Position numbers and translations under genes: made by a program. This document shows positions 18,808 to 26,161 of a DNA stretch of 64,000 nucleotides, piece by piece. A model generated the notes under the pieces. The model was not told the origin of the DNA. It made no database searches and was given only the letters and a program-made list of their open reading frames with translations. Origin of the DNA: an archaeon (GTDB taxonomy: Archaea > Nanobdellota > Nanobdellia > Pacearchaeales > GW2011-AR1); NCBI GenBank assembly GCA_043810775.1, contig JBDRNU010000025.1, positions 1-64,000 on the forward strand. Direction: 5' to 3'. Numbering within the stretch: position 1 is the first letter of the stretch; every line of letters begins with the position of its first letter.

Positions 18808-19373
18808 TTTAACATCCCCACGAGTATATTTTTAGTTTTTACAAAAATAGCTCCAGCTTGTGCCATATCTTCTAGAGATTGATTGGTTGATTCTGGAAAT
18901 ACTCCTTTTATTGCGTCTTCAACTACATAACATTTTATTTTTCTTGCAAGCATTCCTAAAACTGCTGCTTTTACACAATAGTCTGTTGCAACTCCGTAGA
19001 CTAGTGCTTTTGTTACTTGTTTTTCTTTTAAGAATCTTGCAAATTCTGGATTTGTAAAAATGTCATAGCTTTGTTTTTCAAAGTAGATTCCTTGTTCTGT
19101 TCTTGTTTCTGTTATTTTTTCCTGCCCATAAGTTCCAGCCATACAGTGGTCAGGAAATGGGCCTTTCCATCTTGCAAGTTCAAGCTCTTTTTCCTTGTAT
19201 TCTTCTGTTCCAAAATGCCTATCAACGCTTCCAAGTATAGGAATTTTATTTTTAATTGCATAATCAGTTAGTAGCTTTAGATTTGGCTTTATTAGTTCTG
19301 CGTCAGGAACATACAGAGCTCCATCTTTATTCATGAAGTCGTTTTGTGTGTCTACATCATAAAAGATTTTCAT
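18804..19373 (-). CDS. pncA: Nicotinamidase (isochorismatase family)
   Basis: VDTQNDF..GALYV, D.H, FPDHC..GT.G, K, GVATDYCV. Confidence 0.92.
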   Translation of the reverse strand: MKIFYDVDTQNDFMNKDGALYVPDAELIKPNLKLLTDYAIKNKIPILGSVDRHFGTEEYKEKELELARWKGPFPDHCMAGTYGQEKITETRTEQGIYFEKQSYDIFTNPEFARFLKEKQVTKALVYGVATDYCVKAAVLGMLARKIKCYVVEDAIKGVFPESTNQSLEDMAQAGAIFVKTKNILVGMLK

Positions 19374-20524
19374 TTTTCGCTTTCTCCTTTAAATTTAGCT
19401 TCTCTTTCATCTCTCCCTTTTTTTGAGTGAGGAACCCAGATTCTATTTTTCTCGCTAAAGTAGGCTACTATATCTGAAGTTGCCATAATTACTCCAGGAA
19501 CAAGACTTCCTGTTCCAATTGAGTCAAATAAGTTTATGCCAGAATATTCTTTGTAGATAGCGTCAGCTTTAACAAAATCAGCTGTTTTTTCTGCATTAAA
19601 TCCTGAGGAAACTGTTAGCTTGACATTTTCATATCCTTCTCTATTGAGAGCTTTTCGCAATGCCCAGACTGGTGCTATTTTTACTCCCTTACCATACACT
19701 TTTTTTGTTTCAATGCATTTTGGAACCTCAATTTCAGTATAGCCTTGAGCATAGTTTTCTCCACAAGTGTCAATTCTTACTCCTGCTAGCTTACTTTTCA
19801 AAGTTTTAGCTACTGCTATTGAGTCATCTATTTCTCTGTTTAGAGTATCAATAAGAACTATTCTTGGCACTTCTTGTGAAATATACTTGTCAAATGCTTT
19901 TGCTGTTTCTACTGTTGGATTATTAGTTTCATATTTTTCTGGAAATTCCTTCATATCAGCTGCAAAACTTAGTATCAGTGCGTGAGGGATTGTTCCTATG
20001 CCTTTAGAATTCCAAGCTTTAGCTCCAATGTCGGTTGAACAGCCTGAAAAACCTTCTTCATAACAAATTCTTGCTATTTGCTCGTCTAGTGAAGGATGAA
20101 AATGGCGAGCTCCAAAATATAAGAGGGGCTTGTCCTGAGCTGCTTGCACTATAGCTCTTGCATTTTCTCTTACTTGCTCTAGGTTTATTTTTCCAGTAAG
20201 ACCTGCAGAAATAAGCCCTAGATAGACTGTTTCTAGTTCTACAAGGTCTTGAACTCGGCCTTCTATTTTAATTAAAGGCTCGCCAGATTCATATTCTATA
20301 CCATCTTTAAGAGAATAAATTTTTACTTTTTCCTGAGCATTTTTTCTAATAAATTCAACTGCTTCACCTAAACCTTTTGTAATTCCTTTTGCTCTTGCAA
20401 ATATTTGATACCTAACTAAAGGATTTACTCCTTCTTGTTCAAGTATATTTCTACTTCTGAGAAAGTACTTATCAGTATATTCCTCGTGTTTACTTATCCA
20501 GGGTTTTTTTGATTCTTGTTTCAT
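19370..20524 (-). CDS. pncB: Nicotinate phosphoribosyltransferase
   Basis: YTDKYF, LVELET, FGARH, GTIPHA, LIDT, GVRIDT.GE, VSSGF. Confidence 0.88.
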   Translation of the reverse strand: MKQESKKPWISKHEEYTDKYFLRSRNILEQEGVNPLVRYQIFARAKGITKGLGEAVEFIRKNAQEKVKIYSLKDGIEYESGEPLIKIEGRVQDLVELETVYLGLISAGLTGKINLEQVRENARAIVQAAQDKPLLYFGARHFHPSLDEQIARICYEEGFSGCSTDIGAKAWNSKGIGTIPHALILSFAADMKEFPEKYETNNPTVETAKAFDKYISQEVPRIVLIDTLNREIDDSIAVAKTLKSKLAGVRIDTCGENYAQGYTEIEVPKCIETKKVYGKGVKIAPVWALRKALNREGYENVKLTVSSGFNAEKTADFVKADAIYKEYSGINLFDSIGTGSLVPGVIMATSDIVAYFSEKNRIWVPHSKKGRDEREAKFKGESEK

Positions 20525-20530
20525 TTTATC

Positions 20531-20621
20531 TTAGTGTGTTTATTACACTTACTATAGTGTATACTTTACACTATATAAAGATTATTGTTCTAGAGAATAC
20601 ATATTGTATAACTTACACTAA
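20531..20621. promoter_or_regulatory. Three putative NrtR operators (GT-N7-AC palindromes) in the pncB promoter
   Basis: AGTGT-gtttatt-ACACT (20533-49); TATAGTGT-atacttt-ACACTATA (20553-75, overlapping minus-strand TTTATATA box); ttGT-ataactt-ACACTA (20604-20). Confidence 0.75.
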
Positions 20622-20662
20622 GTATTGGTTTTTTCGAGAATAAGCATGAATTTATAGAGACA

Positions 20663-21121
20663 CTAAGGAGTTTTGATTCTGCGCTCTTTTGGCACAAAAT
20701 TTGTAATTCTGCCCTGAGATAGCTTACCCATACCAAGCAAGTTATCTTTATATTTTAATATGACTTTTCCCTGTTTTTCTGTTTTAAGATAAATATCGCG
20801 CCCTCTTAGCCAGTCGTGAGCTTGTTCTTGGTTGAGCTCGATAATGCTCTTAGTTATCTGGTCTTTTAACAGAGAGGTTCCGTCAAAACTTAGCCTTAAG
20901 CCGTCATTTTCGCGTTTGAATAGATAGATTCCGAGAATTTCAATGTTTATTGAAGCTCCAAGCTTTAGAATTTCCTCTTTACTTAAAGAGCCTGAATATG
21001 CCCTTACTTTTTCTTTGCCTGTTTTTATTAGCAGATAAGGCAGGCTAGTTATTCCGAAATTTTCACTAAGCTCTGCTAGGATTTCATCTTTTTCAACGCG
21101 CTTGATAAATTCAATATTCAT
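20663..21121 (-). CDS. NIP7/PUA-like (RsmF C-terminal-like) RNA-binding protein
   Basis: GIYLF..RLSFDG, WLRGRD, LGMGK, NFVPKERR; downstream of m5C methyltransferase. Confidence 0.7.
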   Translation of the reverse strand: MNIEFIKRVEKDEILAELSENFGITSLPYLLIKTGKEKVRAYSGSLSKEEILKLGASINIEILGIYLFKRENDGLRLSFDGTSLLKDQITKSIIELNQEQAHDWLRGRDIYLKTEKQGKVILKYKDNLLGMGKLSQGRITNFVPKERRIKTP

Positions 21122-21687
21122 ATGCCTGACAACCTACGGTTTTGTCGGAAATCTTTGGATTTTCGAGCACTCTCAGAAATGTTTTCATTTCTGAAGTCTT
21201 GGCTAACTTTCCCTTGAGATAGATTTAAGGTTTTTTCGTAAGCTATGACTTCTGCTAGATTTACATCTTCATTTTTAAGCTCAGGAAATAATTCATAGCT
21301 GACTTCTTTGAGCTGTTTGTATCCATTTTTCTTGTAGAAATTGTTTGCAGGACCCATCATTGTTTTATGGGTTGTTAGTGAGATTTTTCTGATTCCTTGA
21401 TTTTTTGCAGAATTTTCAAGTTGGTCGTATAATTTTTGAGCGATTCCTTTTTTTCTGTATTCTTTGTCTACATACATTCGTTTTAATCTTCCAATATTAT
21501 TTCCCTGATTTTTCATAGCAATTGTCCCTATTATTTTACCATTATCTTCTGCAATATAGAAAGCTGAATATTCTTCAAAATTTTCCCATTCTTTTATAAA
21601 TGTTTTTTCAAAAAATTCAGTAAGAACTTCCTTAATTATTAATTTTACTTGCTCTTTATCTGTTGGCTGGTATTTTCTGATTATCAT
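21118..21687 (-). CDS. GNAT N-acetyltransferase with repeat-derived C-terminal tail
   Basis: LKRMYV..EYRKKGIA, NNFYKKNGY. Confidence 0.88.
   Translation of the reverse strand: MIIRKYQPTDKEQVKLIIKEVLTEFFEKTFIKEWENFEEYSAFYIAEDNGKIIGTIAMKNQGNNIGRLKRMYVDKEYRKKGIAQKLYDQLENSAKNQGIRKISLTTHKTMMGPANNFYKKNGYKQLKEVSYELFPELKNEDVNLAEVIAYEKTLNLSQGKVSQDFRNENISESARKSKDFRQNRRLSGI
21125..21194. repeat. Multi-hairpin palindromic (REP-like) element inside the 3' end of the GNAT gene
   Basis: GACAA..TTGTC, TCGGAAATC..GATTTTCGA, TCAGAAATG-tttt-CATTTCTGA, with a GAGCA linker between the last two hairpins. Confidence 0.55.
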
Positions 21688-21688
21688 T

Positions 21689-22246
21689 TTATTTGCACAT
21701 TTTTAAGAAATTTTTTAGGATTATTAATCCGTCTGGATTAGAAACTTCTGGATGTGATTGAAATCCATAAATTGGTCTTTTTTTATGTTTCATTATTTCA
21801 ATTTTACAAGTTTTTGAGTGAGCGAGGGGTTTGAATTCTTTTGGAAGCCTACTTATACAATTGACATGTTTTTCTTTTAAGAAAATTTCTTTTTTTAAAC
21901 CTTTGAATAAAGGATCTTTTTTATCTAAAAATATTTTTTCTATTTTGTCTTGCTTTTCCTTTAGTTTTTTTATTGCTCCTCCATAAACTACTCCTATTAA
22001 CTCGTGTCCCATACAGAATCCTATTATAGGTACATTTAGATTTATTAGAGGTATATAATCATTTATTAGACTTTGATAATAAAGGCCTATATTTCCTCCA
22101 GAGAGAATAACTCCCTTTATATTTTTTACTTTGTGTAAGTCAGTTCTATCTTTATGCCCTATTATTTTATATTTTACTTTCCACTTCTTAAATGTTTTTT
22201 CAAATTCTTTTATAAATTTGCTTTGATTGTTTATTATAAGTATCAT
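21689..22246 (-). CDS. Class I glutamine amidotransferase (GMP synthase subunit A-like)
   Basis: ILSGG, GFCMGHE (Cys nucleophile), GFQSHPE. Confidence 0.88.
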   Translation of the reverse strand: MILIINNQSKFIKEFEKTFKKWKVKYKIIGHKDRTDLHKVKNIKGVILSGGNIGLYYQSLINDYIPLINLNVPIIGFCMGHELIGVVYGGAIKKLKEKQDKIEKIFLDKKDPLFKGLKKEIFLKEKHVNCISRLPKEFKPLAHSKTCKIEIMKHKKRPIYGFQSHPEVSNPDGLIILKNFLKMCK

Positions 22247-23196
22247 TTTAAAGACACCTCTGCTTTTCTCATCTTAGCAAGGAAAAATCCTTCTGTATCA
22301 TTATCCTGGGGATAAATTCTTGCACAGTTTTTTAATTCCGGCGAGTAGCTTGAACCTTCCCATTTTACTATTCCTGGCCTTGATTTAATTGGAAGATTTA
22401 GCTTTTCAACTTTTAAGTTAAAATTTTTTACAAGAAAATTTACAACTTCTTCATTTTCTTCTGGAGCATGAGTGCAAGTGCTATAAACTAGAGTTCCTTG
22501 GTCTTTTAATAGGGGAACAGCAAAAGAGGCAATTCTTTTCTGGTTTCTTGAGAGTTTTGAAATCATTTTTATATTCCACATAATAAATGTTTTAGGAGAA
22601 CTTCTAATAGTCCCTTCTCCTGAACAGGCTAGGTCAAGAAGAATCTTGTCAAATTTTACCCCGAGCTTGGCTAGTTTTTGGCATAGCTGAATAGCATCAT
22701 GCCTTGTTACTATTACATTAGTGCAGCTGCATCTTTCAAGATTTGAAGCGAGAATCTTGATTCTGTTCATTTGTTTGTCATTAGCAAGGATTGTTCCTGA
22801 ATTTTCCATTAAAGCTGACATTTGCGTAGTCTTGGAACCAGGAGCTGCAGTCAGGTCTAGTATTAGCTCGTTTGGTTTTGGATTCAAGGCAAGAGGAGGC
22901 ATCATGCTTGAGATATCCTGGACATAGAAGTATCCTAGGAGGTGTTCTTCTGCTTTTCCAAGCTCTCCTGGGAGAAGGTCAGAGGTAATTCTCATTATTT
23001 CTTTGTTATTATAGGGCTGAGAGAGTTTCCAGCCGCGAGCTTCTAGCTTGGATTTTAGTTTTTCAGGCGAGATTTTAAGAGTATTGCATCTAATTGTACT
23101 TGGAGAAGATTTTTTACTAGTGGCTATCCAAGAGTCATAATCTGTGATAAGTTTTCTCATTCTTCGCTCGAGCAATTCTTTTGGTTGAAGGTCCAT
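22243..23196 (-). CDS. RsmB/NOP2/NSUN RNA m5C methyltransferase
   Basis: YVQD.SSM, LDLTAAPGSKTT, LLD..CSGEG, VYSTCT..PEENE, TEGFF. Confidence 0.93.
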   Translation of the reverse strand: MDLQPKELLERRMRKLITDYDSWIATSKKSSPSTIRCNTLKISPEKLKSKLEARGWKLSQPYNNKEIMRITSDLLPGELGKAEEHLLGYFYVQDISSMMPPLALNPKPNELILDLTAAPGSKTTQMSALMENSGTILANDKQMNRIKILASNLERCSCTNVIVTRHDAIQLCQKLAKLGVKFDKILLDLACSGEGTIRSSPKTFIMWNIKMISKLSRNQKRIASFAVPLLKDQGTLVYSTCTHAPEENEEVVNFLVKNFNLKVEKLNLPIKSRPGIVKWEGSSYSPELKNCARIYPQDNDTEGFFLAKMRKAEVSLK

Positions 23197-23306
23197 ATGA
23201 CGTCAAGGAAATTATGGGTTTTAAGGTTTTGCTTTACATAGCTTTAAATACGGCGAAATTTTTTTTGTTTAATGAGAATTAAGTATATAGATGGGTTTGA
23301 AATAAA

Positions 23307-24152
23307 ATGGATGAAATAAATTTAATGAGGGAGCAGGAAAGACTAAGCTTATTTAAATTACATGACTTTAAAAAATGGAAGAAATTAAAGGAGGATTATA
23401 AACTTCCTGTTAAGGTTAAATTAAGGAGAGCTGGGAAAAGAAATGGATTTAAAATATATTTTGTTAATGGCTATAAGATAAGACAATTCATTGATTTTGA
23501 CTTTACTCAAGGAGGTCATGGTTTAAGATACCTTTATATTCCTTTAGATGAAATATGGATTGACAATTCTAACAAACTTGAAAAAAATGAAATAATTAAA
23601 CATGAAATTGTTGAGTTTAAACTAATGAGAAAAGAAATGGATTATAATAGGGCTCATGTCAAGGCAAGTTTAGCAGAACTTCATTTAAGAAACGAGAGGG
23701 TAATTCTGCCTGTTAAACACCACAAGCAAATAAATAACTGGAGCTGCGGGCCCTCTTCACTCAAGATAGTATTGGATTATTATGATGATAAAAGGTATGT
23801 AAGATCTTTAATCAAGAAAACTGGATGTAATCTAAGTGGCACATATCACAAAGGATTCAGGAAAGCTCTAAAGAGGATGGGATATGATTTCTATGAAAAA
23901 GAAAATGCTAAAATTACAGACATTGAGGAGTTTATTCAGAAAGGGATTCCCATAATTGTTGATTATCAAGCATATCATGGGGGGCATTTTTCAGTTGTAA
24001 TTGGGTATGATAAAAATAGATTTTTGTTATCTGATCCTGCTTATGATAAAAAATACAAATGGGTAAAGAAATCTGACTTTTTAAAAAGATGGTGGGAAGA
24101 GGATGAACCAAGAAAGATAATCAAGAGATGGATGCTTGCTATTTACAGATAA
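23307..24152 (+). CDS. C39-like cysteine peptidase with N-terminal HExxE domain
   Basis: HKQ..WSCGPSSL, GHFSVVIGYD, LSDP; N-terminal GGHG..YIP.DEIWID...HEIVE...AH. Confidence 0.72.
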   Translation: MDEINLMREQERLSLFKLHDFKKWKKLKEDYKLPVKVKLRRAGKRNGFKIYFVNGYKIRQFIDFDFTQGGHGLRYLYIPLDEIWIDNSNKLEKNEIIKHEIVEFKLMRKEMDYNRAHVKASLAELHLRNERVILPVKHHKQINNWSCGPSSLKIVLDYYDDKRYVRSLIKKTGCNLSGTYHKGFRKALKRMGYDFYEKENAKITDIEEFIQKGIPIIVDYQAYHGGHFSVVIGYDKNRFLLSDPAYDKKYKWVKKSDFLKRWWEEDEPRKIIKRWMLAIYR

Positions 24153-24193
24153 ATTAATGAAACTTTTAAATATACTAATTTTGATGTTTATTC

Positions 24194-25114
24194 ATGATAA
24201 GTTATTATAAAAAGGTGAATGGCGAAAAAATTCCCAGTAAGATTAAAGATTATAATAAAAGATGCTGGGTTCATGCGGTTGAACCTGATGAAAATGAGAT
24301 AAATATACTTGTTGATAAATTTAATCTTGAAAAAGAAAATATTATTGACGGGCTAGATATTTTTGAAAATCCAAGGTTTGAAGATGAGGGTGGAAATATT
24401 TATCTGTATTTAAGTGTTCCAACAACACAGGTTCCAGATGAGGCCACTTCTTCTTTTTTAATTGTTATTACTAAATTTGATGTGGTTACTATAAGTAAAT
24501 ATCATCTTGAAATTTTTGAGAATATTCAAAAAGGAAAAGTCCATTTTCTTACAAGCAATAGGTCAAGCTTAGTTTTAAGGCTGCTTTCTCTAGTAGCTAA
24601 GAATTATGATATTAATACAAGAAAGATTCTAAGAGAAGTTAGAAAAGATAGGAATTATATTTCAAATCTTAAAAACAAAGATATTCTTGACTTGGTTTTG
24701 CAGGAAGATATACTTAATGATTATCTTTCTAGCTTTGCTCCTTTAATAGATATTTACAATAAACTACTTAAAAATAAGAGTTTGAGATTTCCTAAAGATG
24801 ACCAAGAGTTTATTGAGGATTTGATTAATGATTTAAAGCAGACCTTTTATAGTTGCAGGGCTGCTTTAAAGTCAATATCCAATATGAGAGATTATTATTC
24901 TACTACTCTTTCAATAAATCTTAATAGGGTAATTAGGATTCTTACAATATTCACCATATTTTTAACTATTCCTACAATAATTTCAAGTATTTATGGTATG
25001 AATATTCTTCTTCCTGCACAAAATAATTCTAATATTTTCGCATTTTTAATAATACTTATTATTTCAATATGGGTTTTATTGTTTTTTATTTTTAAGAAAA
25101 TCAAGATAATATAG
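24194..25114 (+). CDS. corA: CorA-family Mg2+ transporter
   Basis: LD..ENPR.E, N..IRILT, IPT..SSIYGMN, two C-terminal TMs. Confidence 0.92.
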   Translation: MISYYKKVNGEKIPSKIKDYNKRCWVHAVEPDENEINILVDKFNLEKENIIDGLDIFENPRFEDEGGNIYLYLSVPTTQVPDEATSSFLIVITKFDVVTISKYHLEIFENIQKGKVHFLTSNRSSLVLRLLSLVAKNYDINTRKILREVRKDRNYISNLKNKDILDLVLQEDILNDYLSSFAPLIDIYNKLLKNKSLRFPKDDQEFIEDLINDLKQTFYSCRAALKSISNMRDYYSTTLSINLNRVIRILTIFTIFLTIPTIISSIYGMNILLPAQNNSNIFAFLIILIISIWVLLFFIFKKIKII

Positions 25115-25124
25115 GAAACTTTCT

Positions 25125-25265
25125 TTATCCTTTTATTCCAGAATCCTTAACTCTTTTGCTGTGATTATCCAGGCGACCTTCATTAAGGCATTTCCAGCAT
25201 GTATGTATTGTTCCATCTGGTTCTTTTACCTGGCCTGTTCCCTTGCATTTTTCGCATATATTCAT
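25125..25265 (-). CDS. 46-aa Zn-finger microprotein (DnaJ-type CxxCxGxG), not in ORF track
   Basis: MNICEKCKGTGQVKEPDGTIHTCWKCLNEGRLDNHSKRVKDSGIKG*. Confidence 0.7.
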   Translation of the reverse strand: MNICEKCKGTGQVKEPDGTIHTCWKCLNEGRLDNHSKRVKDSGIKG

Positions 25266-25375
25266 TAGTTTGCTTGCATTCTCGATTATTTAAAATTTGC
25301 GCTTGTATTTTGCAGTATAATCAGCAGAATATAAGTTTTTATAAACGCCTAATCAGTTTAATTATTGAAAAGAGC

Positions 25376-26161
25376 ATGAAGATCCAGCACTTAGTTTATA
25401 CAGGGTTTTTAGCATTTGCATCTATTTTTAATCCTATAAACTCTTTTGCTGATAATATTTCTTCAAACTTATGTGTAAGAATTAATATCCCTTCTTATGA
25501 ATTAGCAGTTTATAATGGTGAGGAGGAAGTTAAAAAATTTGAAGTAAGAGTTGGGAAGTCTGACTCGCCTACTCCTTTAGGGGAGGGAATTATTGGTGAA
25601 AAAAGAGAGAGGATTTTTTTTAGATATCTTGAAGGTGAAAGGAAAGGAAAGGTTATTAGGTACTCTTATCTTGAGCCTGAAAAAAGAAGCATCAGGATGC
25701 CTTATGAGAAGATGAGGGCACTTCAGATGCTTATGAAAAGGGGAAATAAATTTATAGATGAAGGGAAGGTTATACATTCCACAACTGACTACTGGACTGT
25801 TGGATTTCCTGTTTCTCATGGGTGTATAGGCTTGAGAATAGAAGATATGCAGGAATTATTTGACACTTTAAAAAATGAAGATGAGATTGAACTTAATTTA
25901 AGTTATGAAACTATTTTTGTTAGGGATGGAAAAGTTTTCTTTTATCCTGATATTTATAATAGGGGCACTAATTCTTTGGAGAGAGTTATTGAAAAAGGAG
26001 TTGCTGTGGGCAATAAGGGCAGAGCCAGAGACAAGATTAATATGATTAATATAGAGCTTGATGACAGAGTTAGTCAAGCGAGAAGAGAGATTCAGAAAGG
26101 GAAAAATCCATTAAATTATAAATATAATTTAGTTTACTGCGTTTCAGCTTCTGAGTTCTGA
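25376..26161 (+). CDS. L,D-transpeptidase (YkuD) domain protein with signal peptide
   Basis: RINIPSYEL, VRVGK..SPTPLG, IHST...GFPVSHGCIGL; start moved to MKIQH. Confidence 0.85.
   Translation: MKIQHLVYTGFLAFASIFNPINSFADNISSNLCVRINIPSYELAVYNGEEEVKKFEVRVGKSDSPTPLGEGIIGEKRERIFFRYLEGERKGKVIRYSYLEPEKRSIRMPYEKMRALQMLMKRGNKFIDEGKVIHSTTDYWTVGFPVSHGCIGLRIEDMQELFDTLKNEDEIELNLSYETIFVRDGKVFFYPDIYNRGTNSLERVIEKGVAVGNKGRARDKINMINIELDDRVSQARREIQKGKNPLNYKYNLVYCVSASEF

Noticed and set aside
16813-20524. Calling the locus a phage-type NAD reconstitution pathway or provirus
   Set aside because: It uses the deamidating PncA/PncB/NadE route, has no PRPP-synthetase-like gene, and no viral or mobility genes are nearby.
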